In this document: positions 9,779 through 19,371 of the stretch, piece by piece
Layout of the letters: each line of letters begins with the position of its first letter
Numbering within the stretch: position 1 is the stretch's first letter
Assembly (NCBI GenBank): GCA_016178705.1
Contig: JACOST010000028.1
Coordinates: forward strand, 4,951 to 68,950
Origin: Deltaproteobacteria bacterium
Lineage (GTDB): Bacteria > Desulfobacterota > Binatia > HRBIN30 > JACQVA1
Direction: 5' to 3'
DNA: 64,000 bases
Position numbers and translations under genes: made by a program
Notes under the pieces: generated by a model
Databases searched by the model: none
What the model saw: the letters and a program-made list of their open reading frames with translations, nothing else
Told to the model about the DNA's origin: nothing

Positions 9779-10435
9779 TCAGCGATGACACGTCGAGCAA
9801 TTGGTCAGATGCGCGACTTCGATGTTGTAGGTCTTGAGCAACGCGAGCCCCTGCGTGATCTGGTCACTCGGCGGCTGCCAGTTCATGTCAAACACGTGCT
9901 CGCGCGGTCGCAGGTATTGTTCCGGATGGCGATGGCAGTCGAGGCACCACTCCATCTGCAGCGAGGTGGCTTGCCAGGTGAGGTTCATGCGATCGATGCG
10001 CCCGTGGCACGAGCCACAGCCGATGCCCTTCTGCACGTGAATGCTGTGATTGAAGTAGACGAAGTCGGGCAGGTCGTAGACCTTGGTCCACTGGATCGAC
10101 CGGTCGGTGCGAAAACTCGCGCGCACCGGTTCGAGCATCGGGCTGTCGACCCAGATTTGGGCGTGGCAGTTCATGCAGGTTTTCGTCGGCGGCACGCCGG
10201 CGTACGCGGTTCGTTCGACGGCGGTGTGGCAGTAACGGCAATCGATCCCGAGCTCGCCGGCATGATGGCGATGGCTGAACGGAATCGGTTGCTCGCGCGC
10301 GACCCCCGCCCGGGTGACGTAGCCCGAACGATTGATGAGCGCCAAGCCCCACAAACCACCGGCGATGACGAAGGCCGCCCCGAAGATGCTCAACCGCGAG
10401 AAGGTATTCGTACTCGGATGGAAGACCTGCGGCAT
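9779..10435 (-). CDS. actA: Alternative complex III subunit ActA, pentaheme cytochrome c
   Basis: Five CxxCH motifs (CRYCH, CMNCH, CGSCH, CLDCH, CSTCH). N-terminal TM anchor. Confidence 0.9.
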   Translation of the reverse strand: MPQVFHPSTNTFSRLSIFGAAFVIAGGLWGLALINRSGYVTRAGVAREQPIPFSHRHHAGELGIDCRYCHTAVERTAYAGVPPTKTCMNCHAQIWVDSPMLEPVRASFRTDRSIQWTKVYDLPDFVYFNHSIHVQKGIGCGSCHGRIDRMNLTWQATSLQMEWCLDCHRHPEQYLRPREHVFDMNWQPPSDQITQGLALLKTYNIEVAHLTNCSTCHR

Positions 10436-10614
10436 CCTGCCACCGTTGTGTTCGTGGAAAAGTGTTCGCCAAAAACTGCGGCAGCTCTATCAGGGTGCCG
10501 GGTCACCTGCCAAGCAGACGCGCGACTAAATCGCCTAACGACACTTGCAAGGGTGCCTTATCTGCTTCGTGTCGTGTCTCGCCAACGTCAGCAGCGTGCG
10601 ATCTTCTTCGAGGC

Positions 10615-10698
10615 GTAGGGGCGATGCATGCATCGCCCTCCGTGTGTCTTTGCGACGGTCACGTCCATTCGCGGGCGACGCATGCGTCGCCCCTACAG
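10615..10698. repeat. Inverted pair of REP-like palindromic units
   Basis: gtaggggcgatgcatgcatcgccctccg ... gcgggcgacgcatgcgtcgcccctacag. Confidence 0.85.
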
Positions 10699-10771
10699 GG
10701 AACCGGGATCGCTTCGTCGCGATGCTCGCCTCGCTGTCGGCTTGACTTCGGCGCGCACCGTAGCGCACAGC

Positions 10772-12043
10772 ATGCCGATGGCAATGCAGCCGAGACCAGA
10801 GGCGGCGCCGCGTCATGTGGCGCTGGTGATGTCGGGCGGCGGGGCGCGCGGCGCATACGAAGCGGGGGTGCTCTCGTACTTGTTCGGCGATCTCGCGGCG
10901 CGACTCGGTCGGCCGATTCACTTCGACATCGTGACCGGCACAAGCGTGGGCGCCGTCCACGCCTGCTACGTCGCGGCGACGCAACAAGAGCCCGACGCGG
11001 GTACACGCCTGACGGAGATCTGGCGCTCGCTGTCGTTCGAACGCATTTTCGAAATCGGTGCCACCGACGTGTTCCGCGTGCCGTGGCGGCTATTGGGCTT
11101 CGGAGGGCTCGGCGACTGGCTGCCCGCAAGCGACGAGAGTGCGCCGAAGCGCTTGCCGGGCCTGTTTGACACCGAGTCGCTGGAAGCGCTGGTGCTCGGA
11201 CGCATCGACTGGGCGCAGCTGCGCCGCAACATCGACGAGGGTGCGCTCGAAGCGTTGGCGATCGCCGCGACCGAGGTGGCGACTGGACGCTCGGTGGTGT
11301 TTGTCGACAACCAGAGCCAGACCGTGCCGCGTTGGGCGCGCGATCCGTTCGTGATCGCCCGCGCGGCGCGCATCGACGCCGACTATGCGCTGGCATCGGC
11401 GGCGATCCCGCTGGTGTTCCCCGCCGTGCGCATCGACCGCACGTATTACTGCGACGGTGGGCTGCGCCTCAACACGCCCCTGTCGCCCGCGTTGCGCTTG
11501 GGTGCCGACCGCGTGTTGGTGATCGGCCTGCGCTACCCGCGCTCGCCCGCCGAGGAGGATCGCATCGCGCGGCGGCGCGCGGCGAACTATGCCAGCCCGA
11601 CGTATCTGGTCGGCAAAGCGCTCAACGCGCTGCTGCTCGATCGCATCGAGTACGATGTCGACCGCCTGCGCTTGTTCAACGCGATTCTCGACAGCGGTGT
11701 GCGCAGCTATGGCGCCGACTTTCTCGTCCGCATCAACGAGCCGATCATCGCGCAGCGCAACACGCCGTACCGCATCGTGCGCGATCTATTTCTGCGGCCG
11801 TCGAAAGACCTGGGCGCGATCGCCGGCGAGTGTCTGCGCCATCAGCCGCGTAGCCACGGCCTGCGCGATTGGCTCAGCCGCAACGTCGCCCGCTACGCCG
11901 CCCGCGGCGCGATGGCTGAAGCGGATCTGCTCTCGTACCTGTTCTTCGATCGCTGCTACGCCGAGCACCTGATCGATCTCGGGCGTCACGACGCCGAGCA
12001 GGCAGCGGATGAGTTGATCGAGTTTCTTTCGATTGCGGATTGA
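10772..12043 (+). CDS. Patatin-like phospholipase
   Basis: GGGARG oxyanion motif and GTSVG (GxSxG) nucleophile. Confidence 0.85.
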   Translation: MPMAMQPRPEAAPRHVALVMSGGGARGAYEAGVLSYLFGDLAARLGRPIHFDIVTGTSVGAVHACYVAATQQEPDAGTRLTEIWRSLSFERIFEIGATDVFRVPWRLLGFGGLGDWLPASDESAPKRLPGLFDTESLEALVLGRIDWAQLRRNIDEGALEALAIAATEVATGRSVVFVDNQSQTVPRWARDPFVIARAARIDADYALASAAIPLVFPAVRIDRTYYCDGGLRLNTPLSPALRLGADRVLVIGLRYPRSPAEEDRIARRRAANYASPTYLVGKALNALLLDRIEYDVDRLRLFNAILDSGVRSYGADFLVRINEPIIAQRNTPYRIVRDLFLRPSKDLGAIAGECLRHQPRSHGLRDWLSRNVARYAARGAMAEADLLSYLFFDRCYAEHLIDLGRHDAEQAADELIEFLSIAD

Positions 12044-12062
12044 GGATTGCGGATTGCGGAAT
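12031..12062. repeat. GCGGATT heptamer array spanning the patatin stop codon, between convergent genes
   Basis: gattgcggattgaggattgcggattgcggaat. Confidence 0.8.
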
Positions 12063-12418
12063 CAGGTCGCGCGCTGGAATAGGACGAGGAAGGCACCGTT
12101 GGGATCGGTGACCCCAGCCGTCCGGCCGTGCGTGCCCATGTCGCGGATAGCGGTGGTGCGGTGGCCGCTGGCACTCAGCTCGGCGAGCGCGGTGTCGAGA
12201 TCGGCGACCTCAAACACCGGTGTCGGTACGTTGAGCGGCGCGCCCATGCCTTCCTCGGCGCACGCAATGGCGAGCGAGACATCACCGGCCTGAAATTGAA
12301 TCCAGCGATCGCCATCACGGAACTGGAGCGGCAGGCCCAAGGTCTCGGCATAGAAGCGCGCCTGCGCCGCTGGGTCGGTGGTGGCGATGAACACCTGCCG
12401 CAGCTTCTTGATCTGCAT
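12062..12418 (-). CDS. VOC/glyoxalase-bleomycin-resistance family protein
   Basis: 118-aa beta-alpha-beta-beta-beta module pattern typical of VOC domains. Confidence 0.6.
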   Translation of the reverse strand: MQIKKLRQVFIATTDPAAQARFYAETLGLPLQFRDGDRWIQFQAGDVSLAIACAEEGMGAPLNVPTPVFEVADLDTALAELSASGHRTTAIRDMGTHGRTAGVTDPNGAFLVLFQRAT

Positions 12419-12534
12419 GCGGCGTCCTTACCACGCCGCGAGCGAGATGGCACCGGGGGCCGTGCCCTCTTGAACGGAGCGCGTCCAACCAGTACGGAGC
12501 GGCTTGCGCCGGCGGGTATCAGGAGGACAGCAGC

Positions 12535-13683
12535 ATGCGACGGGACATCTTCAGCGCGGAGCACGAGTTGTTTCGCGATCAGTTCAAGCGCTTCGCCGAG
12601 AAGGAGATCGCGCCGAAAATCGAAGGCTGGAATGCGCGCGGCATGAGCGACCGCGAAACCTGGCGGCGCGCGGGCGTCGCAGGGTTTCTCGGCGCCAACG
12701 CGCCGGTCGAGTACGGCGGCGCCGGCGGCGACTTTCTCTACGATGCGATCGTGATGGAGGAGCTGGCGTGGCTGCGCGCGCACGCGATGATGATCTCGCT
12801 GCATTCGGACATCTGCATGCCGTACATTGCGACCTACGGTTCGGAAGCGCAGAAGCGCAAGTACCTTCCCGGTGCGATCAGCGGTGATCTCCTGCTCGGC
12901 ATCGCGATGACCGAACCCGGCACCGGCTCCGATCTCGCCAACGTGCAGACCAAAGCCATCCACCACGGCGATCACTACGTGCTCAACGGGTCGAAGACGT
13001 TCATCTCGAACGGCCAGATCGGCGACCTGTTCATCGTCGTGGCGAAAACCGATCCCGACGCCAAGCCCGCGCACAAGGGCATCAGCCTGCTGCTCGTCGA
13101 GGCCGACCGCCCGGGCTTCGTGCGCGGCCGCAAACTCGACAAGCTCGGCCTGCGCGGACAAGACACCAGTGAGTTGGCGTTCGAAGACTGCACCGTGCCG
13201 GCCGAGAACCTGCTCGGCAAAGCTGGGCAGGGCTTCAAGATGCTGATGGAGAAACTGCAGCAGGAACGGCTGTCGATCGCGGTGGCGTCGATCGTGTCGT
13301 GCCGCCGCGCGCTCGCCGACACCATCGACTACGTGAAACAACGGCGGGCCTTCGGCCGCGCGATCGCCTCGTTCCAGAACACGCAGTTCAAGCTCGCCGA
13401 GCTGGCAACCGAAGTCGAAATCGGCCAAGCCTTCGTCGACAAGTTGTTGGTAGCGCACGTGCGCGGCGAGGAGATCGTCACCGAAGTGAGCATGGCGAAG
13501 TGGTGGACCACGGATTTGCAGAAGCGCCTCACCAGCGAGTGCGTCCAGTTGCACGGCGGCTACGGCTTCATGCACGAATATCCGATCGCCACCGACTACG
13601 CCGATGCAGCAGTGCAAACGATCTATGCCGGCACCAACGAAATCATGAAGGTGATCATCGCGCGGCGAATGGGGCTCGAATAG
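12535..13683 (+). CDS. Acyl-CoA dehydrogenase
   Basis: Full ACAD architecture, including GTNEIMKVIIARRMG at the C-terminus. Good RBS AGGAGGA. Confidence 0.9.
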   Translation: MRRDIFSAEHELFRDQFKRFAEKEIAPKIEGWNARGMSDRETWRRAGVAGFLGANAPVEYGGAGGDFLYDAIVMEELAWLRAHAMMISLHSDICMPYIATYGSEAQKRKYLPGAISGDLLLGIAMTEPGTGSDLANVQTKAIHHGDHYVLNGSKTFISNGQIGDLFIVVAKTDPDAKPAHKGISLLLVEADRPGFVRGRKLDKLGLRGQDTSELAFEDCTVPAENLLGKAGQGFKMLMEKLQQERLSIAVASIVSCRRALADTIDYVKQRRAFGRAIASFQNTQFKLAELATEVEIGQAFVDKLLVAHVRGEEIVTEVSMAKWWTTDLQKRLTSECVQLHGGYGFMHEYPIATDYADAAVQTIYAGTNEIMKVIIARRMGLE

Positions 13684-13782
13684 TAGGCAGTAGGCAGAAG
13701 GCAGAGGGCAGTAAGAAGGTGAAGGACGGACCAGCGGGGCAGGGCGGGGACTGCATACTGCCTACCGCCTACTGCCTACTAC
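13681..13782. repeat. TAGGCAG heptamer array starting on the acd stop codon, plus its inverted copy. The pair forms a long potential hairpin between acd and xthA
   Basis: tagtaggcagtaggcagaaggcagagggcag ... ctgcctaccgcctactgcctacta. Confidence 0.8.
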
Positions 13783-13786
13783 GCGC

Positions 13787-14554
13787 ATGAAGATCGCGAC
13801 CTGGAACGTTAACTCACTGCGCGTGCGGCTGCCGCTGCTGATCGAGTGGCTCGCCACGGTGCAACCCGACGTGGTGGCTCTGCAGGAGACCAAACTCGTC
13901 GACGATGATTTCCCGGTCGCCGAAATCGAGGCGGCGGGCTATGACGCGGCGTTCGCGGGGCAGAAGACCTACAACGGCGTCGCGGTGCTCAGCCGCGGTG
14001 CGATCACCGACGTCGAACGCGATGTGCCCGGGCTCGACGACGTGCAGCGCCGCTTGCTGGCCGCGACCACCGGCGGCGTGCGGGTGATCAACGTGTACGT
14101 GCCGAACGGTGAGCACATCGGCTCAGACAAGTACGCCTACAAACTCGACTGGCTCGACAATCTGACGGCGTACGCCGCGGCGCAGCTTGGCGCTCATCCG
14201 CGTCTGGTGTTGCTCGGCGACTTCAACATCGCTCCGGAGGAGCGTGACGTGTACGATCCGAAAGAATTTCAGGGGCAGGTGCTGTTCAGCGAGCCCGAGC
14301 GCGCGGCTTTTCGCCGGCTCCTGGCGAGTGGACTCACCGACACGTTCCGCTTGTTCGAGCAGGCCGATCGCAGCTTCAGTTGGTGGGACTATCGAATGAA
14401 CGCGTTCAAGCGCAATCGCGGGTTGCGCATCGACCACGTCCTCGCCAGCTCGGCGCTGCGCGCCGCCTGTGTCGCCTGCCGCATCGACATCGAACCGCGC
14501 CGCCGCGAGCGGCCTTCGGATCATACGCCGGTGATGGCGGAGTTCGAAGGATGA
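13787..14554 (+). CDS. xthA: Exodeoxyribonuclease III (AP endonuclease)
   Basis: [18 protein letters not shown]...ALQETK...RIDHVL...DHTPV, the EEP-family catalytic motifs. Confidence 0.9.
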   Translation: MKIATWNVNSLRVRLPLLIEWLATVQPDVVALQETKLVDDDFPVAEIEAAGYDAAFAGQKTYNGVAVLSRGAITDVERDVPGLDDVQRRLLAATTGGVRVINVYVPNGEHIGSDKYAYKLDWLDNLTAYAAAQLGAHPRLVLLGDFNIAPEERDVYDPKEFQGQVLFSEPERAAFRRLLASGLTDTFRLFEQADRSFSWWDYRMNAFKRNRGLRIDHVLASSALRAACVACRIDIEPRRRERPSDHTPVMAEFEG

Positions 14555-14585
14555 GCCGTCGAGCAGGAGTTGCTTACAACGGATT

Positions 14586-14616
14586 GAACGGATTCAACGG
14601 ATTCCGCTACGCATGA
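14586..14616. repeat. SAACGGATT 9-mer x3 array downstream of xthA
   Basis: caacggattgaacggattcaacggattccgc. Confidence 0.75.
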
Positions 14617-14640
14617 AATCGACAGGGAGGCCTTGGGCGT

Positions 14641-15108
14641 ATGAGCCAACATCCTCGACACTTTGACCGAATGACGGCGGCTGATCGTATCTTCAATCGT
14701 CTCTTCGGGGCACTTGTCGGACTCGGAGTCGGCCTGTCGCATAACTACTTACTGGAAGTACGTGGCCGGAAAACCGGGACCCTCTATTCAACCCCGATCG
14801 ATCTCTTGCGTCGAGAGAACCGACTCTTCTTGGTTGCGCCACGCGGATTCACGCAATGGGTCCGCAACGCGCTGGCGGCGGGCCGCGTGACGCTCAAGAA
14901 AGGTAGACAGCGGAACGAGTATCGTTTGCAGAATGTTGACGACGCGCAGAAACCGGAACTGCTCAAGGCGTATCTCGATCGCTTCAAACTGACCGTCCAG
15001 CGTTTCTTCCTCGTCCCAGCGGGCTCGCCGGTGGCGGGCTTCGTCCCCCTCATCGATCGCTACCCGGTATTCGAACTGGTGCGATCCGACGACACGCCGG
15101 GCCGATGA
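14641..15108 (+). CDS. Deazaflavin (F420)-dependent nitroreductase-like protein (DUF385 / PNPOx-like split barrel)
   Basis: 155 aa. NRLFLVAP...RNEYRLQNVDDAQKPELLKAY, typical of the DUF385 family. Confidence 0.6.
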   Translation: MSQHPRHFDRMTAADRIFNRLFGALVGLGVGLSHNYLLEVRGRKTGTLYSTPIDLLRRENRLFLVAPRGFTQWVRNALAAGRVTLKKGRQRNEYRLQNVDDAQKPELLKAYLDRFKLTVQRFFLVPAGSPVAGFVPLIDRYPVFELVRSDDTPGR

Positions 15109-15683
15109 AGACCGATCTCGCGAAACCGCGCTGCGGTTGGGCCACCCGCGATCCGCTCTACATCCGTTATCACGACGACGAGTGGGGCGTACCGGCGCAC
15201 GATGATCGGCGCTTGTTCGAATTTCTCATCCTCGAAGGCGCGCAGGCGGGATTGAGCTGGCTGACGATTCTCAAGAAGCGCGAGAACTATCGTCGCGCGC
15301 TGGCGCGCTTCGACGTAAAACGAGTGGCGACGTTCGGCGCAGCAGACGTGAAGCGTTTGCTCGCCGATGACGGCATCGTGCGCAACCGCCTGAAGATCGC
15401 AGCGACCATCGACAACGCGCGCGCGTTTCTCGCCGTGCGGAAGGAATATGGCAGCTTCGATCGCTTCGTGTGGTCGTTCACAGGCGGCCAGACGATTCAG
15501 AATCGCTGGCCGAGTCTGGCGCAAGTCCCCGCGCAGACCCCCGAGGCCGAGGCACTCAGCCGTGAGTTGAAGCGCCGCGGCTTTCGCTTCGTCGGTCCGA
15601 CGATCATGTACGCCTTCATGCAAGCGGTCGGGATGGTCAACGATCATGTCACGACGTGCTTCCGGCATCGGGAGTTGAGGTAG
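15105..15683 (+). CDS. tag: DNA-3-methyladenine glycosylase I
   Basis: RCGWATRDPLYIRYHDDEWGVP...FLILEGAQAGLSW. Conserved Cys/His zinc site. Confidence 0.9.
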   Translation: MKTDLAKPRCGWATRDPLYIRYHDDEWGVPAHDDRRLFEFLILEGAQAGLSWLTILKKRENYRRALARFDVKRVATFGAADVKRLLADDGIVRNRLKIAATIDNARAFLAVRKEYGSFDRFVWSFTGGQTIQNRWPSLAQVPAQTPEAEALSRELKRRGFRFVGPTIMYAFMQAVGMVNDHVTTCFRHRELR

Positions 15684-15732
15684 GTAGTGTCCTGTCTCAC
15701 GAGCGTCAGTAGCATGCGATCTTCTCTGAAGC

Positions 15733-15815
15733 GTAGGGGCGATGCATGCATCGCCCTCCGGCTTCTCCGCAGTGGACACGTCAATTCGCGGGCGACGCAT
15801 GCGTCGCCCCTACGG
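15733..15815. repeat. Inverted pair of REP-like palindromic units
   Basis: gtaggggcgatgcatgcatcgccctccgg ... cgcgggcgacgcatgcgtcgcccctacgg. Confidence 0.85.
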
Positions 15816-15975
15816 GGAAGGGGCAATCCGATGGAAACATCATCGCAACCACGTTCATCGACAATCTGCACAGGGACAGGGAGCCAGCAATTCACCACTA
15901 ACCGCTAACTCGGGCCATAGCGCTATGAGCGAGACGCACCACTAGAGAAGAGAGCAATCAGACTCGGGTGAGGGA

Positions 15976-17226
15976 ATGAAGAGCACTCCAAACAGCACCG
16001 GCGCACTCCTCTCTGGCGTGCGCATCATCGAAAGCTCGTTGCTCGGGCCCGCCGCAGTCGGGATGAACCTCGCCGATCTCGGCGCGGACGTGATCAAAGT
16101 CGAGAACCCCGGCGGCGACTACGTTCGCAAGATGGCGTTCCCGACCATCGACGAGGTGTCGCTGCTGCATTGGCACCTCAACCGCGGAAAGCGCAGCATC
16201 GTGCTCGACCTGCGCAAGCCGGAAGCCGTCGAGGCATATCTCGATCTCGTGCGCGATGCCGACGCGGTGATCGAAGCGATGCGGCCGGGAGCGCTGGCGC
16301 GCCGCGGACTCACGTTTGAGCGGTTGCAGGCCGTCAATCCGAAGATCGTCTTCTGTTCGATCTCGGGGTACGGCATGACCGGGCCGTACAAGGACATGCC
16401 GAGTCACGGCATCGCTTACGACGCGTGGGCCGGTGTCGCGCGGCCGACCGTCGACGCGAACGGCTTCCCGACGATCCCGAGTTACACCGCCGTCGGCATC
16501 AATGCCGGGCCGCTCTATGCCGCACTCGGCATTCTCGCGGCGATCATTCGCGCGCGTGCGACGGGTCGTGGTTGTCGCTTCGAAGTGGCGCAGAGCGACG
16601 CCGCGGCCGCGTTCAATTGGAACGGAATCGAAGGCAACAAGGCGTACGAGCGACCCGAAGACGAAGTGACCGGCAACGACGGCGACGGCAAGGGGCCGCG
16701 CCGCCCCGTTGGTGACAACAGCATGACCGAGTCGGTGCGCTATCAGTACTATCGTTCGAAGGACGGCATGGTTCTCTTCATGGCCTCGGAACGCGAGTTT
16801 TGGAAAAACTTCTGCGAGGGCATCGGACGACCCGAACTGTTCGCGCACAACCCCGGCTCGAAGTATGCCGACCACGCGCGCGGCAATGTCGCGCTGCGGC
16901 GCGAGCTAGCCACGATTTTCGCCACCAAGACCACGGCCGAGTGGCTCGCATTCGGGCTCAAGGTGAACACGCCGGTAGCCCCGGTGAACGATGTGAAGTC
17001 GATCACGCGCGATCCGCAGTTCGTCGCGCGCCTGCCGTTTCGCCCGCATCAGCAGCACGGCACCGAGCTGATGCCGTCACCGATCAAGTTGCTCGACGAA
17101 GAGCTGCCGGTCCCGTCCAAGGCCGCGGCGGTGCCGGGACATGACACCGCCGCGGTCCTGGCCGATGTGCTCGGCTACGATGCCGCGCGCATCGCCGCGC
17201 TGCGCCGCGCCGGCGCGCTTGGCTGA
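15976..17226 (+). CDS. CoA-transferase family III (CaiB/BaiF)
   Basis: N-terminal RIIE...GP...LADLGADVIKVE motif. 416 aa. Confidence 0.85.
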   Translation: MKSTPNSTGALLSGVRIIESSLLGPAAVGMNLADLGADVIKVENPGGDYVRKMAFPTIDEVSLLHWHLNRGKRSIVLDLRKPEAVEAYLDLVRDADAVIEAMRPGALARRGLTFERLQAVNPKIVFCSISGYGMTGPYKDMPSHGIAYDAWAGVARPTVDANGFPTIPSYTAVGINAGPLYAALGILAAIIRARATGRGCRFEVAQSDAAAAFNWNGIEGNKAYERPEDEVTGNDGDGKGPRRPVGDNSMTESVRYQYYRSKDGMVLFMASEREFWKNFCEGIGRPELFAHNPGSKYADHARGNVALRRELATIFATKTTAEWLAFGLKVNTPVAPVNDVKSITRDPQFVARLPFRPHQQHGTELMPSPIKLLDEELPVPSKAAAVPGHDTAAVLADVLGYDAARIAALRRAGALG

Positions 17227-17243
17227 CCGCGGCGCCGCAGGCG

Positions 17244-17723
17244 ATGACGATGAGCGTGGGGATCTGCATCGCCAGCGACGCCGATCTTGCCGCACTGGTG
17301 CGGCTCGCCTCCGCTTTTCGCGATCACCTCGGACGCTCGACGCCGACGGAGGCTGAGTTTCGAGCGTCGATCGCGCAGCTACTACGCGATCGACAGAGTG
17401 AGTTCTTCCTCGCCCGCGATGGTGGAGGTGCCGACCTTGGCTATGTGCAAGCTCGCTACCGCCACTCCGCATGGACTTCGGGGCTCGATATGGAGATCGA
17501 GGACGTCTTCGTGCTCAGCGGCGCGCGTGGCGGCGGGTGCGGACGACAACTGGTTGAGTTCGCGATCGCCCGCGCCGTCGAGAAGCGGTGTCGCCTGATC
17601 GGGCTCAACACCAACGAACGCAACGCCGGTGCGCTCGCACTGTATCGATCACTGGGATTTGCTGCCGAGCGCGCGTTGTGGAACGGCGCTCGGCAGCTCT
17701 GGCTGGAAAAGTCTCTGGGCTGA
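17244..17723 (+). CDS. GNAT family N-acetyltransferase
   Basis: Acetyl-CoA-binding motif RGGGCGRQLVEFAI...ALALYRSLGF. Confidence 0.75.
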   Translation: MTMSVGICIASDADLAALVRLASAFRDHLGRSTPTEAEFRASIAQLLRDRQSEFFLARDGGGADLGYVQARYRHSAWTSGLDMEIEDVFVLSGARGGGCGRQLVEFAIARAVEKRCRLIGLNTNERNAGALALYRSLGFAAERALWNGARQLWLEKSLG

Positions 17724-17744
17724 ATCGCGGGCGTTGACGGCTCA

Positions 17745-19304
17745 TCAGTTCAGGTCGAAGTCTGTCAGGCCATTGGTTCCCGGCACACCGGCGGGCGACG
17801 ACGCATCCGCTTTGGCGATGATGATCCCGCCGAAGAAACCCTGAAAGGGGAGCGCTCCATAGTACGCGAGTTGCTGGCCGTCGTGGCTGTACGCCGCCAT
17901 GCTGTTGGGCAGGATGATGGTGCCCGGCTGCGGGGTCTCGCCCGATCCATTGGGGTTGATGAACCAGATAAGCTGTCCCGTCGGCCGAGTGGACTGGAAC
18001 GCGATGCGCTGACCGTCCGCGCGCAACACCGGGAACTCATCGCGGAAGCTGTTGTTGGTCACGCGGGTGATGTTGGTTCCGTCGGGATTCATCAGATAGA
18101 TCTCCAGGTCCTCGGCCTTTGAGTCGTGCGCGATGTGGAGGGTCGAGGCGAACACGATGCGATTGCCAACCCAATGCGGCGAGTTAAATCGCTCGCCCGC
18201 GTCCGGCAGGATCGTCGTCGAGCCCGACCCGTCGGCGTTGATGACCTTGATCCGACCACGCCCCACGCCGTCGACAAAGACGATGCGATTGCCGTCAGGA
18301 CTCCACGACGGCTGTCCCACGTCGGACTCGTCCGGCGTCAGGTCGGCGCGTCCGGAGCCATCGGCGTTCATGGCAGAGATATGGTAGCGCAAGCCGCCGT
18401 TTTGGTCGCGCACACTTGCCGACCAGACGATGCGCATCCCGTTGGGACTCCATTCCGGATCGCGGTCGAACGCATCGGTGGTGTTGGTGAGATTGACCTT
18501 CCCCGATCCGTCGGTGTTGAGCAGCACGATATCGTTGACCAAGCCCGCATCGGGAGCGGCGCACACGAGGCGCTGGCCGCCCACAGTGCCGGTGGTCGGG
18601 GTGCGAGTTGGCGACGGTGTCGGCGTTGGGCTGGAATTGCTCACCGGTGTCGTAGGCGTGGCAGTGGCAGGCAGACGGGAATGCGTCGGCGTCGGCGTGC
18701 TGCCGTCCCCGGCCGCCACGGTTCCAGAAAAGGGCTGGCCGTTGATCGATATCATCAAGCTGCCACCACCCCCACCCAGGCCTGGCAATGTGCCGCTGAT
18801 GCTCACGTCGATGGTCCCGCCGTTGCCGTCGGGAATACTGCCGGTGACCGTGAAGACGCCGGTGTCCAAGTTGACGTCGCCGGTGATCGGACCGGAGGCG
18901 ATCACGGCCGACGCGCCGCCGAAGAAACCGGCCGCTGCCGCGTCGCGAATAGCGAACGTCCCGGTGACGCCTCCCGTACCGCCCACAGTCAGCGTCGCGG
19001 TGGCGCGGCGCCCATCGTTGAGCATTGCGGCGCCGAAGAACTGGCCAGTGAACGGACAGCTGTTTAGGGCGTTGTTCACGGCGACAATCAGCTCTTCAAC
19101 AGTCACTTCATTGTCGTGACCGGCATCGAACGACGGACACTGCTGCAGCGCCGTTGTGCCGAGCGCGATGTTGACGCCCAGCACCAACTCCTCGACGGTG
19201 ACCGCTCCATCGCTGCTGCAGTCGCCGTCGCATGCGCCCGAGGCCCAGGCACTCGGCTGCGCCAACGACATCGCCAGTATCACCGCAACAATCAGCTTCA
19301 ACAT
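17745..19304 (-). CDS. Secreted multidomain protein. It has a signal peptide, a pair of dockerin/EF-hand-like Ca-binding repeats, a Gly-rich beta domain, a Thr/Pro linker and a TolB-like PD40 beta-propeller
   Basis: Signal peptide MLKLIVAVILAMSLA. Two DGDCSSDGAVTVEEL / DAGHDNEVTVEEL repeats. PTPTPSPTRTPTT linker. Repeated DPEWSPNGMRIV / QPSWSPDGNRIV PD40 blades. Strong RBS GGAGGAGG. Confidence 0.8.
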   Translation of the reverse strand: MLKLIVAVILAMSLAQPSAWASGACDGDCSSDGAVTVEELVLGVNIALGTTALQQCPSFDAGHDNEVTVEELIVAVNNALNSCPFTGQFFGAAMLNDGRRATATLTVGGTGGVTGTFAIRDAAAAGFFGGASAVIASGPITGDVNLDTGVFTVTGSIPDGNGGTIDVSISGTLPGLGGGGGSLMISINGQPFSGTVAAGDGSTPTPTHSRLPATATPTTPVSNSSPTPTPSPTRTPTTGTVGGQRLVCAAPDAGLVNDIVLLNTDGSGKVNLTNTTDAFDRDPEWSPNGMRIVWSASVRDQNGGLRYHISAMNADGSGRADLTPDESDVGQPSWSPDGNRIVFVDGVGRGRIKVINADGSGSTTILPDAGERFNSPHWVGNRIVFASTLHIAHDSKAEDLEIYLMNPDGTNITRVTNNSFRDEFPVLRADGQRIAFQSTRPTGQLIWFINPNGSGETPQPGTIILPNSMAAYSHDGQQLAYYGALPFQGFFGGIIIAKADASSPAGVPGTNGLTDFDLN

Positions 19305-19371
19305 CGCTGTTCCTCCTCCGCCCGTATCGGTCAGATCAATGGCTTCCGATGCAGAAGGCGTTCAAAGCGAC

